From assembly GCF_009914755.1 (NCBI RefSeq), contig NC_060925.1: a stretch of DNA of 64,000 bases; one strand, written 5' to 3'. This document shows positions 25,568-39,355 of the stretch, piece by piece. The stretch comes from the human T2T-CHM13v2.0 reference genome, Homo sapiens. The position numbers and the translations under genes are program-made. The notes beneath the pieces are model-generated. The model searched no databases and had not been told where the DNA came from. It was given only the letters and a program-made list of their open reading frames with translations. Position 1 is the stretch's first letter, and every line of letters starts with the position of its first letter.

Positions 25568-26039
25568 TTGTTTTCACATCATCCTCACAATATCCTTTTC
25601 AGAGTAAAGAGTCCAGAAACCACAGAGGACAAATCTACTTTCTATTATTAGTCTGATCTTCTCACTTTTAAAAGGGAGAAACACTTGAAGTCTCAAACCA
25701 CACATCTAACCACTACATAGCAAAATGGGAACAAGCATAAAACTCACATTGTCAGGTTTTGGAAAAAGGACTGAATTTGGAGTCCGGATGTGTAATTTAA
25801 ATCCTAGTGTTATGAAAACAGGTCGCAATCCAGACCCCAAGAGAGGGTTCTTGGACCTCGCACAAGAAAGAATCTGGGGCAAGTCCATATAGTAAAGTGA
25901 AGGCAAGTTTATTAAGAAAGTAAAAGAATAAAAGAATGGCTACTCCATAGGCAGAGCAGCGATGTGGGCTGCTCAACTGAATATACTTATAGTTATTTCT
26001 TGATTATATGCTAAACAGGGGGTGGACTACTCATGAGTT

Positions 26040-26069
26040 TTCTAGGAAGGGGTGGGGATTTCCCTGGAA
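26040..26069. promoter_or_regulatory. Tandem STAT-type motifs within MER41
   Basis: TTCTAGGAA (TTC-N3-GAA) at 26040-26048 and TTCCCTGGAA (TTC-N4-GAA) at 26060-26069, at the MER41B GAS positions; function untested. Confidence 0.45.
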
Positions 26070-26182
26070 CTGAGGATTCCTCCTCCTTTTAGACCATATA
26101 CGGTAACTTCCTGACATTGCCATGACATTTGTAAATTGTCATGGTGCTGGTGGGAGTGTCTTAGCATGTTAATGCATTATAA

Positions 26183-26540
<358 letters not shown>

Positions 26541-26679
26541 TGACTAAGAATGCCTGACCTTTTGGGAAGGCAGCCCAGTAGGTCTCATCTTCATTTTACC
26601 CAGCCTGTATTCACGATGGAGTCGCTCTGATTTGAATGCCTCTGACACTAGCTCAGCTGCTCCTGATGCTGCTATAACA

Positions 26680-26772
26680 TCTATTACTACTACTATTACC
26701 CCTGGTAGTAGTACTATTACTACTAATGCTACTATTACTCCTACTGTTACTATTTCTACTAAGAGCTACTAT
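26680..26772 (+). repeat. Low-complexity (TAC/TAT)n tract
   Basis: CTATTACTACTACTATTACC...TACTATTACTACTAATGCTACTATTAC. Confidence 0.8.
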
Positions 26773-27015
26773 TTATTGAACACTTACTGTGTACCAGGCA
26801 CTGTGTTAATTGAAAACCTGTGCAGAGCCTCATAATAGTCTCAATAAGGAGGTTAAACAGGGGTTTACCATATGATAATTAGGTACCTTATAGGCACAAT
26901 AATCTATGATGTAAGTATTGTTATCATTCTCATTTAAGAGAGGAGGAAACTGAGCCTCTGGAAAGTTGAGTAGGTCTGATACAAAGCTCACATTCTTGAC
27001 CACTATACCACATTG
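26765..27015 (-). mobile_element. MIR SINE
   Basis: ATTTATTGAACACTTACTGTGTACCAGGCACTGTG...GAGGAAACTGAG. Confidence 0.7.
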
Positions 27016-27804
27016 CTACAAAGAGCTTGCCACCTCTTCTTCCGGCTCCCCAATAGCATTCTCTCAGTGTTGGCTCTTAAATATTTATATATGCATAACA
27101 TAAAATTATGTGGCTTCACAAGCCTTCAAAAATGTAGAAGGCATGACCAATGATCCACAGTAAAGATGATGTAGGGCAAAATAGCTGAGGATGAAGATCA
27201 CTAAGATTCCATGTAAATCGGAATCATTAGAACAGACTACAAGGCCCAAATAAATTACGAATGCAGAGGAGTGCCTGGCACTTGGTCGACCTCAGTGGAT
27301 ATCAGTCGAGTGATCTGCCCATCAGATGCTCACAATCCACCTCTATATCACTGTGCAGCTTCTGCTTAAACATTTCCAGGGACAGGTTGCTCACTACCCA
27401 CAAAGGGAAGCCATTTCCTTTTACAGCAGGGATGGTGATTATAAAATATTTTCTTATGCTAAGCCAAAATTCCAACTTCCTGTAATTGCCAGTCTTTGAT
27501 CTTCGTTATACTCTTTACGTACCTACATAATACGTTCTCTGCTCCACATATTTTCCAATAGAGAAACATCTCTATTTACCAACAAGTTATAAATTGATAC
27601 CTGTCCTTGGGTCCTTTGGTTTCCAAGTCCACAGAGGCAAAGAAGGTTTTCTCTTTGCAGTCTCTGGATGCATTTTCACAAAATAGAAATATGAGTTGAT
27701 ATTTCAAAGCTTTACAACCAAGCGTAGTCTCTTCTTTACTGCTAGTTCTATTGGGCCTCCTTTTCCATTTATAATCTGGCATTATCTTTTTTTTCACATA
27801 TGCT

Positions 27805-30625
27805 TTTCTTTTTTAAAAATATAATTTTAAGTTCTGGGATATATGTGGAGGATGTGCAGGTTTGTTACACAGGTAAATGTGTGCCATGGTGGTATACGTA
27901 TCAACTCATCACCTAGGTATTAAGCCCCACATGCCTTAGCTATTTGTCACGATGCTCTCCCTCACCCTGCCCTTCCAACAGGGCCCAGTGTGTGTTGTTC
28001 CCCTGCCTGTGTCCATGTGTTCTCATTGTTCAGCTCCCATATATAAGTGAGAACATGTGGTATTTGGTTTTCTGTTCCTGTGTTAGTTTGCTGAGGATAA
28101 TGGCTTCCAGCTCCATCCATGTCCTTGCAAAGGACATGATGTCATTCCTTTTTATGGCTGCATAGTATTCCATGGTGTATATGTAGCACATTTTCTTTAT
28201 CCAGTCTATTATTGATGGGCCTTTGGGTTGATTCCATGTCTCTCCTATTGTGAATAGTGTTCCAATAAACATATGCATGCATATATCTTTATAATAGAAT
28301 GATTTATATTCCTTTGGGTATATACTCAGTAATGGGATTGCTGGGTCAAATGGTATTTCTGGTTCTAGATCTTTGAGGAATCACCACACCATCTTCCACA
28401 ATGGTTGAACTAATTTACATTCCCACTAACAGCATAAAAGCTTTCCTATTTCTCCACAGCCTCACCAGCATCTGTTGTTTCTTGACTTTTAATAGTCACC
28501 ATTCTGACTGGCATGAAATGGTATCTCATTGTGGTCTTCATTTGCATTTCTCTAATGATCAGTGATGTTGAGCTTTCATGTTTGATGGCTACATAAATGT
28601 CTTCTTTTGAAAAGTGTCTGTTCATGTCCTTTGCCCACCTTTTGATGGGATTGTTTTTCTCTTGTAAATTTGTTTAAGTTCCTTGTAGATTCTGGATATT
28701 AGACCTTTGTCAGATGGATAGATTGCAAAAATTTTCTCCCATTCTGTAGGTTGTCTATTTACTCTGATGATAGTTTCTTTTGCTGTACAGAAGCCCTTTA
28801 GTTTAATTAGATCCCATTTGTTAATTTTTGCTTTCGTTGCAGTTGCTTTCGATGTTTTTGTCATGAAATCTTTGCCTGCGCCTGTGTCCTGAATGGCATT
28901 GCCTGGATTTTCCTCTAGGGTTTTTATAGTATTGGGTTTTACATTTAAGTCTCTTTATTTTTATTATTATTATACTTTAAGTTCTGGGGTACATGTGCAG
29001 AACGTGCAGGTTTGTTACATAGGTATCCATCTTGAGTTAATTTTTGTATAAGGTATGAGAAAGGGATTCAGTTTCACTTTTCTGCAGATGGCTAGCCAGT
29101 TTTTCCAGCACCATTTATTAAATAGGGAAGCCTTTCCCCATTGCTTGCTTTTGTCAGGTTTGTCAAAGATCAGATGGTTGTAGATGTGTGGTCTTATTTC
29201 TAAGATCTCTATTCTGTTCCATTGTCCTATGTCCCTGTTTTTGTACCAGTACCATGCTGTTTTGGTTACTGTAGACTTGTATAGTTTGAAATTGGGTAGC
29301 ATGATGCCTCCAGCTTTGTTCTTCTTGCTTAGGATTTTCTTGGCTATATGGACTCTTTTTTGGTTCCATATGAATTTTAAAGTAGTTTTTTCTAAATCTG
29401 TGAAGAATGTCAATGGTAGTTTAATGGAAATAGCATTGAATCTATAAATTACTTTGGGCAGTATGGCCATTTTCACAATATTGATTCTTCCTATCCACGA
29501 GCATGAAATGTTTTTCCATTTGTTTGTGTCCTCTCTTATTTCCTTGAGCAGTGGTTTGTAGGTCTCCTTGAAGAGTTCCTTCACTTCCCTTGTTAGCTGT
29601 ATTCTTAGGTATTTTATTCTCTTCATAACAATTGTCAATGGGAGTTCATTCATGATTTGGCTCTCTGCTTGTCTGTTGTTGGTGTATAGGAATGCTTGTG
29701 ATTTCTGCACATTGATTTTGCATCCTGAGACTTTGCTGAAGTTGCTTATCAGCATAAGGAGCTTTTGGGTTGAGATGATGGGGTTTTCTAGATGGAGGAT
29801 CATGTCATCTGCAAACAGGGACAGTTTGACTTCCTCTCTTCCTATTTCAATACTCTTTATTTCTTATTGCCAGGTTTCTCTTGCCAGTTTGCCCTGGCCA
29901 AAACTTCCAATACTATGTTGAATAGGAGTGGTGAGAGAGGGCATCCTTGCCTTGTGCCAGTTTTCAAGGGGAATACTTCCAGCTTTTGCCTGTTTAGTAT
30001 GATACTAGCTGTGGGTTGGTCATAAATGGCTCTTACTATTTTGAGATATGTTCCATCAATACCTAGTTTATTGAGAGTTTTTAACATGAAGTGATGTTGA
30101 ATTTTATTGAAGGCCTTTTCTGCATCTATTGAAATAATCATGTGGTTTTTGTCTTTAGTTCTGTTTATGTGATGAATTATATTTATTGATTTGCATATTG
30201 TTGAACCAGGCTTGCATCCCAGGGATGAAGCCGATTTCATCGTGGTAGATAAGCTTTTTGATGTGCTGCTGGATTTGGTTTACCAGTATTTTATTGAAAA
30301 ATTTTGCATCAATGTTCATCAGGGATATTGGCTTGCAGTTTCCTTTTTTGTTGTTGTTGTATCTCTGCCAGGTTTTGGTATCAGGATGATGCTGGCTTCA
30401 TAAAATGAGCTGGAGAGAAGTCCCCTCTTTTCAATTGTTTGGAATAGTTTCAGAAGAAATGATACCAGCTCTTCTTTGTACTTCTGGTAGAATTCAGCTG
30501 TAAATCTGTCTGGTCCTGGGTTTTTTTTTTTTTTTTTTTTGGTTGGTAAGCTATTTATCACTGCCTCAATTTCAGAACTTGTTATTGGTCTATTCAGGGA
30601 TTCAACTTCTTCCTGGTTTAATCTA
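27805..30625 (-). mobile_element. 5'-truncated primate L1 (L1PA7/8-like), ~2.8 kb, with disrupted ORF2
   Basis: 3' UTR at about 27805-28100; ORFs 29015-29803, 29857-30240, 30319-30657 and 28622-28864 translate to L1 ORF2p segments ([51 protein letters not shown]) with frameshifts and stops. Confidence 0.97.
28953..29026 (-). mobile_element. Very short L1PA 3'-end insertion nested in the L1 ORF2
   Basis: TTTATTTTTATTATTATTATACTTTAAGTTCTGGGGTACATGTGCAGAACGTGCAGGTTTGTTACATAGGTAT interrupts host ACATTTAAGTCT|ATCCATCTTGAG. Confidence 0.88.
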
Positions 30626-31879
30626 GCGTTATGTATGCAATTCATCTGTTGAGTCACAGAAGCTTCCTTTCCTGTTGATCTCTGTCAGTGTCATGGAAAC
30701 CCCTTAGCAGGGTTGGTTATTAATAGTACATAGTTGTACTAAGTTAGTACATCATCTGTACTTAGCTCCTCACCATTCATTTTGATGCTGTAGAAAATCA
30801 AATGTCCTCCAACTTAGGAACCCTCCATGGCTGGGGACAAACTTTCAATATCAATGTGTTCAACAAACTGAGGCCCAAAGTTCTCAAACTAAATCCTTGG
30901 CTTCTACATCATAGTCTTGGAAACCCACTTTCATCCCCTTTTGAAAACTCTAATTATATTTGCTCATTTCCAATTTTCCTGGGATGTAGTAGGTTCATAA
31001 AAATCCTCAATATTAGTCAATATTCTCCTTTCCATCCTCTTACCAATACTTTAATGAACATCTTATATGTAAAGCTTTTGTTTCTCCATTAAAAAAATAA
31101 AAAAGGAGCAGAGAGAAATCAGATCCAGCCTATAGAAAACCACAGGTAATGAAGACCCACTGTAGTAACATTATACTTCTGAATCTGCTAGATATCCATT
31201 ATGTGAGATATATACATAATATGTATGCTCCAGATTAACTCTGGATTCAGGCAGAATTGGGTTCTATACATGATCCATTTATCCTATGACCTCATGAGGT
31301 GCCAAAGAGCATTTTATAGATGGAAAAAGACAGACCAAGGGAGCCTTGCCCCCACAGCTCCCCAGCTTGTGAATCAGGATTCACGTGTGGCTGGTTCATC
31401 CAGTGATTCACTAAACAAATTAACAAAAATGACCAATGAGCATAGAATTCAGATTTTAATGGATTTAGCACCAAGCATTGTTCCTTTATATGTGCACACA
31501 GAACACACACTCTGTGTCTCAGCATTCTCAGCTCTCGGTGAGTAGATTCAGGGGTGATTTCTCAGTCTTGGTTACACTCTAGGAAAAACACAGGCAACTT
31601 TGATTGTACTATTGATGAAATCCTATTCCATATACAATTCTGGAATGTTGTACCAGGTCTCCTTTGGCTGGAGATGTACCTGTTGCATTGGCAACATTTT
31701 GGCATTTGAACAATAGGCAAGCATCTGAACACCTATGTCTACATAGATGATTTTTCATATTGGTTATTTGAATCTTGATTTAAATTCCTACCCCAAGAAC
31801 ACTATGCAAGTGTCTGGGAGAAGAAATCTTGCACAGCAATGGCGATAAAGTCTCTCTTCAGCCAGTCTTTTTCTTTGGC

Positions 31880-31882
<3 letters not shown>

Positions 31883-31911
<29 letters not shown>
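31883..31911 (+). repeat. (TG)n microsatellite
   Basis: About 14 perfect TG units. Confidence 0.95.
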
Positions 31912-31913
<2 letters not shown>

Positions 31914-31984
31914 CCATCCACTTGTGCATGCATTTACTCATGTGTGTATACACATACAAGTACACGCATATATACACTTGATGG

Positions 31985-32465
31985 ATAATTTTTGAGCACT
32001 TACCAAGTGCCAGGCCCAGTGCTAATTGCTGTCAATCAAATTAATATAAAAGATTTTAAAAATCCACAGAGCAGTAAGAAAGACAAATAAACAAGTACTA
32101 TAAAAGAAATAGAAAGTCTGAGGAATAGGTGTGCACAGACAGGAGAGGGTGTCAGGGAGGGCTTTAATTGAGCTGAGTCTTTAAAGATAAGTAGACATCT
32201 GCTAAGTAAATTAAAAGAGAGGGTAGGCCAATCAGAGAAGAGTCCACACAAAGATTTGAAGAGTGTGGCATTTCAGGGGACAGTGGGAGTTTAATGTAGT
32301 GTAAGATAAGGCAGGCAGCAATAAGGGGAGGACAATGAAGCTGATGGAAGCAGGAGCACATCCGGAAGGGGCTCCAACATCAGGTCTGAGAGTCTGAGCT
32401 TTATTGTGTAGCCATATGAGAGGCTGACTCCATCTGGGCAGTGATCTCAGGTTGCAAATGGTCAT
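31985..32465 (-). mobile_element. L2 LINE fragment
   Basis: TTGAGCACTTACCAAGTGCCAGGC...TTGAGCTGAGTCTTAAAGATAAGTAG; probably continues at about 33180-33480. Confidence 0.7.
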
Positions 32466-32547
32466 GGAAGAGATACCCCTATAAGCTTCTCAGGGACATT
32501 ATATAGAGAAATTATTACATATATTACTAAAGCTACATTGTGCCTGT

Positions 32548-32760
32548 CAGGATTCCCCAACCTCAGCACTATTGACATTTTGGGCCAGATAATTCTTTGT
32601 TGTGGGGGGCTGGCCAGTGCATTGTAGCATGTTCAGCAGCATCCCTGAATGCTCACTAGATGCCAGTGGCTCTCACCCCCAATTTGTGACAACCAAAAAT
32701 GTCTCTAGGCATTGCCAAATGTCTCCTGGGGACAAAATTGCTCCTCATTGAGAATCACTG
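32548..32760 (+). mobile_element. MER20 hAT-Charlie MITE
   Basis: CAACCTCAGCACTATTGACATTTTGGGCCAGATAATTCTTTGTTGTGGGGGGCTG...TTGAGAATCACTG. Confidence 0.93.
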
Positions 32761-34152
32761 GTATACTTCTTGTGGTAGGTTCTATGCTAGGAAACTCTTC
32801 CAGAGGCAAAGTAGAAGTATAGAGTGAGTTGGAGTGGAAAAAGAAACACTTTAGCATAATCTACAGTGGCTGGGGGCAGTCTGCTCTTCCAGATTCCACT
32901 TTAAAGAAATCCAGAATTTTTTTCTGTCATGTAGCCTATACATCCCAGGTAAACTCTATCTTTTGACTGTGTAGTTAGGTAATCTTATTCTGCCTGTTGG
33001 CCCAGGGCCACATGAGACCAGAGCACCCACTCTGAAGACCACCCTTTAGCCAAGTGTATTAGGAAAGTAAAACCTGATATACCCTGGCATCCAGTCAAAT
33101 AGACTTTGTTGTCACAGGTAATTTTTACACGAGAAGAATACAAAGATCAAGCCTGCTTTCAGGAAAATGAGCACTGACCGTGAGGCACATGTACTGGAAT
33201 GAGAAGAGATGAGAGTCAGGCCAGGAGCTCTAATAAGGAGGCTGCTCCTATACTCAAGGCAAGAAGTGCTGAAAACTTGACTGAGGAAGTGACAGTAGGA
33301 ATGGGAGGAAAGGGCCATCCCAGAGGACAGTTCCACAGTAAAATGACAGAATTTACCAGCCAATCAGATGGGAACAGAGAAGTAGGACCTGTGCATGAAT
33401 CCATTCTGTCTGACCTTGGAGACTGGTTGCACTCTAATGCTATTGACCACCTGGAATAGAAAGAGACCAAATTCAATTTGATTCCTGTTGCTTTGTTGAT
33501 CTATGATAAAATAATTTGCTGAATCATTTTAAGAGTGGCCATTATAGTTACAACTAATTAATAAATCCAGAGCCATTATAATCACCATTAATTCTTACTA
33601 ACTTCATAGTATCCCATATTAATTCCTTTGGGAATAAAGAACTAGAATATTCATGTCTTGCCCTCCAGAAATTCTGATCAAATTAAAAAGACATACATTT
33701 ATTTAAAAATTGAATTATAAAACAAAACAAGACTATCAAAGATGGTCCAAATAAGCAACCCATGTGTTTCTGGCAATGAGTTCTGTGAGTTCAGAAAAGG
33801 GCCAGAGTAGAAACCCTCACCCGGAGCTTAGTCAGATGGAGGCCAACCTTATGGGTTGACATTGAACAAGTATATGGTATGTTCTATCCCTTAGAACTGG
33901 GACTCAAAATAAGGTCTGGGATCCCTGGGGATATTCCAGCCTATTTCACAGGGGTCTGTGAGGTCAAAACTATTTTCAGATCATATCAAGACTTTATTTA
34001 TCTTTTTCTCTCTCATTCTGACATACGTTTACAGAGGAGTTTTTCAGAGGTCAGGTGATGTGATGACATCCTTATTCTGATAGTGCATGAAATGTGTCCT
34101 TTTGTATCGAGTTTTTAAATGTTCCCAGTTTTAGCTTCTAACATGATAAATA

Positions 34153-34184
<32 letters not shown>

Positions 34185-34207
34185 ATCTATCTATCTATCT
34201 ATCTATC
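34153..34207 (+). repeat. (TATC)n tetranucleotide STR with one interruption
   Basis: TATCTATC...TATCATCTATCTATC. Confidence 0.95.
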
Positions 34208-34221
34208 TCACATTAGCCCAC

Positions 34222-35532
34222 TGATATGGTTTGGCTGTGTCTCCACTCAAATCTCACCTTGAATTGTAGCTCCCATTATCCCCACATGTTGTGGGAGGGA
34301 TCAGGTGGGAGGTAATTGAATCATGGGGTGGGTTTTTCCCCATGCTGGTCTCCTGATAGTGAATAAGTCTCATGAGATCTGATGGTTTTATAAAAGGGCA
34401 GTTCTCAGGCAACCTGCAGAATGGGAGAAAATTTTTGCAATCTGCCCATCTGACAAAGGGCTAATATCCACAGTCTACGAAGAACTTACACAAATTTACA
34501 AGAAAAAATCAAACAACCCCATCAAAAAGTGTGCAAAGGATATGAACCGACACGTCTCAAAAGAAGACATTTATGCAGCCAACAGATACATGAAAAAATG
34601 CTCATCATCACTGGTCATTAGATAAATGCAAATCAAAACCACAATGAGATACCATCTCACACCAGTTAGAATGGCGATCATTAAAAAGTCAGGAAACAAC
34701 AGGTGCTGGAGAGGATGTGGAGAAATAGGAATGCTTTTACACTTTTGGTGGGAGTGTAAACTACTTCAACCATTGTGGAAGACAGTGTGGCGATTCCTCA
34801 AGGATCTAGAACTAGAAATACCATTTGACCCAGCCATCCCATTACTGGGTATACCCAAAGGATTATAAATCATGCTACTATAAAGACACATGCACGCATA
34901 TGTTTATTGCAGCACTATTCACAACAGCAAAGACTTGGAAACAACCCAAATGTCCATCAATGATAGACTGGATTAAGAAAGCGTGGCACATATACACCAT
35001 GGAATACTGTGCAGCCATAAAAAAGGATGAGTCCATGTCCTTTTTAGGGACATGGATGAAGCTGGAAACCATCATTCTGAGCAAACTATCACAAGGACAG
35101 AAAACCAAACACCATAGGTGGGAATTGAACAATGAGAACACTTGGACACAGGGCGGGGAACATCACACACCAGGACCTGTTGTGGGGTGGCGGGGAGCAG
35201 GGAGGAATAGCATTAGGAGAAATACCTAATGTAAATGACGAATCAGTGGGTGCAGCAAACCAACATGGCACATGTATACATATGTAACAAACCTGCATGT
35301 TGTGCACATGTACCCTAGAACTTAGAGTATAATTTTTTTTAAAAAAGGCAGCTATCCTGCACACACTTTCTTGCCTGCTGCCAAATAAGATGTCCCTTTG
35401 CTCTTCCTTTGTCTTCCTTTGATTGTGAGGCCTTTCCAGCCACAGAACTGTGAATCCATTAAACTTGTTTCCTTTATAAATTATCTAGTTTCAGTTATAT
35501 CTTTATTAGCAGCATGAGAACAGACTAATACG
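34222..35532 (+). mobile_element. THE1 solo LTR interrupted by an L1PA
   Basis: TGATATGGTTTGGCTGTGT...CAGACTAATACG; 5-bp TSD CCCAC at 34217-34221 and 35533-35537. Confidence 0.93.
34407..35343 (+). mobile_element. 5'-truncated L1PA (L1PA4/5-like), ~0.94 kb
   Basis: ORF2 C-terminal fragments ([35 protein letters not shown]; KCPSMIDWIKK) and 3' UTR ending GTACCCTAGAACTTAGAGTATAAT. Confidence 0.96.
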
Positions 35533-38053
35533 CCCACAAAGAGCTCTTTAGAGTCCTCGCTAAAATTCTAAAATTTTTAAGAGTGTAAAGGGGTCTTTGG
35601 ACGAAAAAGCTTGGGAACTACTGCCTTAGAAAGACTACTAAAAGGTATGCTTGACTCCAGCTGACCAAGCTGCAGCATGTCACCTCAGTAACCCAAAGCT
35701 TTGCCCTAGGCCTTTTCACCCTGTTGGCTCAAAATCTCTTCTGTTGCTGGTAACTTAGCTTCTCTATACATCTGAAGTCACTATTCTGTCTCCTACTTTT
35801 GCTTTGTTGCTGATGGAAAATGATTTTTGCTCAATGTTTCCTCACTCTTGTCTCCTTAATATGAGCTGGTATCCTAGACTTCAAGACCTCAGTCAGAAAC
35901 ACAGCTCATATACTTTACAATTCTACAGAGGTAGTTATATTAATATTTTTTGAAGTATCTAAATTGAAGCAGATTCTATTATCTTTCCAAACAAGATAAA
36001 AACCTCAGAACAATATGTCTGTCCCCAAAATTATCCACCCCAATTAAAATCCTTGTAATTGTTTAGAATTTTAGTTCTAACTTGTTTTATGTAAAAAATT
36101 ATTGATAGTATTATAGTTAATATTATTGTACTACCTATTTACATTTAGATTTGGGTATTAGATTTGTGAGAATCTGAGGGTTGTAAGTTTTCAGAGTCTT
36201 TGTCTATCTGAAAATATGATTACTTCATCCTCACTCTTAAATAATAATTTGGCTGAGCATTGCAAATAGTATATTTCTGGTTACAACCTTGGGTAATGAG
36301 CAAAGTGATTTTCGTTCCTGTTCACAAACACGCTAAAGAGGCTTTGGCTTCCTGCTTCATGTGGGGAGCCTAGTCCCAGTTTCCTACCACATGCAGCAGG
36401 TGTTAGCTGCCAGTCCCTAAGCTGGTGTTAAGACTCCAACCTTGGTGGCCTTATTCACTCTGGGCTCCCCATGCGCTGTGTGCAGCTTCAGTTCTTGCTA
36501 ACCACTGGGTTTTCCTTTCAGTTTGTGATCCATAAAGATTTTCCTTTTATGCTTTAGATTGTGGCCATGCATTTATATATACATATATATTTAATATTGA
36601 ATCTATCATTCCTATGTGTTTGGAGAATAGTGATGTTTCTGCGTGTGCTCAACTCACCATCTACAGGTCTAAGCCCATATCCTTACAATGGAGCCAGGGG
36701 ATATATTTGCCAAGGTCTAGAAATACTCAATCTTTTTGACTTACCAAAGCAAGCACAAAATGCAAAGCACTAATTTAGATTTTGTTAAAGATCTTAAATT
36801 AAACCTGAGCAATGCTGCATTTGGATTGGTTATTGCAAATTAAACAGAACTATTTCATTTACATTTATGGTCATGTAGGTTAATTAAAAATTTCTCTTTA
36901 GAAATACAGCCCCCAAGACTCTATGTAATTTAAATAGGTTCTACATTCATGCAGAGTGAGAATGGCAGTTTCAATATTTAATTCTTGCTTCGTAAACTTT
37001 GAAGGCTAAAAACACATCATCCCCAAGTTCTGAACTCTCTTTATGTTGGAAACAACTCACTAAAGGCAACTTGGAGTTGCTAGGTAACTTGGTGTCTGTG
37101 GAAAGCTTCTGATAAAATATATTTAAATCAGATTTCCTGGAGTAGATGGGCAAACTGAAGTGGAAAATAAATTCAAATGATCTGATATTGGCTTTTCATG
37201 CTAAAACTAAAATCTCCTTGCAGTCAATGCTCACAGAGATCTTCTTAACTTTAGGGTGCCCTTGCTGCACAGAGCATCACATCTCATTCCCCACAACATG
37301 ATGCCATCTGAGCTTTGTGAGCTGAATTACTTTCTAGCAATTGGGAAAGATCCCTGAAGAAGAAACACTGCATGGAGAAGAGTCTGAATGTGTCTGCTTT
37401 CCCCACTTCTTCACTGGGTACAATCCTTTCTCATAAGTTAATGGACCTGGTTGGGGTGGTCTTGTCTTTAGTTCTCCCAGATCATAATAATAAAATCTAA
37501 TTATAAAAGTAGGGTTGAGCTGCTGGGAAGTGAATCAGCTAAGCTACAATCCCCTAGTCTTCAATGGCTCAGGCCAGAAACTCAGAAAACAGAAAAAACT
37601 GTGGACTTACTCAGTGAATGCACATACTATAAGGTAGCTATAAGCATCACCCAATGATTGAATTGTACTGTTTGAGCTTACATAGGTTGAGAATAAATAG
37701 AAGCTGCCAGTTATTTTTTGATATTTTTGTCTGTGACCAGAGGGTAGGTCATGGGACTGGTGGGGGTTATATATAATCTTCTATGAGGAAGACTTCAGGA
37801 ATCTTTTTCTGAAGGAGAAACTTCAGTCACCCTACAACCCACAAAAGTCACTTCTTTGCTGAAGTCTCTATAATCTTTTAGGGTTGGTGAATTTGTACAA
37901 AAATGATACAAAAGGAATCGGTAGTTAACTTATTAGTTCTGGAACTGATTAGCAAAGAATGCTCAAATTCCCAGAAATGATGCCCCAGAGAAGTGTCATC
38001 ACCTCTGTAATGACATGCAAATGCAGATGAAATTAAAGAAGAAAATGATTATT

Positions 38054-38378
<325 letters not shown>

Positions 38379-38519
38379 TTATCAAACTCCAGCATATGTG
38401 TCTCTTGTTACCTCACTGTAAGAAAAGGGCATACCAGGAAGAGGAGACACCCCAGTGAGAAGCAGGTATAAACCAGAATGTCACGTTAGGAAATTGAAGT
38501 TAAGGGAAATGGCTTGTGC

Positions 38520-38740
38520 TAAGTGGCTACCGTCTGGCAGGCAATGTACTAGGTCCTTCAATTGCATCATTTCACTTAACTATTAAAGCAGTTACAGAAG
38601 GTTTTTTTTTTTTTCCATTTCACGGGACAGAAAACTGAGGCCCCAAAGGGCCTACTAGTTTAAAAGTGGTCACAGGGCTAATAAATGACAGAGCCAGGAT
38701 TCAGAAACCTTTCTGCCTGATTTCAAAGCCCAGGCTACTT
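38520..38740 (-). mobile_element. MIR SINE
   Basis: CCATTTCAC..ACAGAAAACTGAGGCCC...ACAGAGCCAGGATTCA. Confidence 0.7.
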
Positions 38741-38759
38741 TGTCAGGAACCTTGGGAGG

Positions 38760-39355
38760 GAGTGGAATCACAGACACTCTCATATGCTGCTAATGGGAGT
38801 GTAAATTGGTTCAAATTTTAGCAATATATGTCAAAATGTTAAATGTACACACCATGAAATTTAGCAAAATAGGCTTGTAAGAATTTATTCTAGACATGCA
38901 CTTTCACAAGTACACAATTATATATATATGTGTGTTCATATCAGAATGGTTTGTAACAGAGAAAGATTGAGAATATCTTTAAGTATCCCATTAATCAGGG
39001 ACTTGTTAGAAAATTCCTGGTAAGCCACACAATGGAATACTATTTACTCATTAAATATAATGAGTTGAATCTATATGAACACATGAAAAGATATTCCCAA
39101 TATTGTTCAATAAAAAAGTAAGTTGCAAGGCAGCAATGCTTGTGAGTTGTGTGGAGGGGGTACAATCCCCTTCGAAAAAAGGGGAATGTCTGGAAGCATA
39201 CCCAACTCACTCTTGTCAATGGTGAACCTGTAGGGAGTAGGGTGGGGGTGTTTCTTGGTCAAGTGGGGAGTGAATCTTTTACTTTTCACTTTGCAACCTT
39301 GTAAATTCTCTGATTTTTTTTCCTAATAAGCAAGTATTACTTTTATAATAAAAGA
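38760..39355 (+). mobile_element. Old L1 (L1ME-like) 3' region
   Basis: ACTCTCATATGCTGCTAATGGGAGTGTAAATTGGT...CACACAATGGAATACTAT. Confidence 0.7.

Larger units (their letters stand above)
33895..35622 (+). mobile_element. hAT-Charlie element (Charlie1/MER119-like) split by an STR, a THE1 LTR and an L1
   Basis: 5' part GGGGTCTGTGAGGTCAAAACTATTTTCA; 3' part resumes at 35533 with AAAGAGCTCTTTAGAGTCCTC...TTTAAGAGTGTAAAGGGGTC...GGGAACTACTG. Confidence 0.75.

Noticed and set aside
26632-26835. Thr-rich mucin-like ORF
   Set aside because: Translation of a low-complexity TAC/TAT tract running into a MIR
29015-29803. Longest ORF in the window (262 aa)
   Set aside because: Fragment of a 5'-truncated, frameshifted L1 ORF2; not an intact gene or active element
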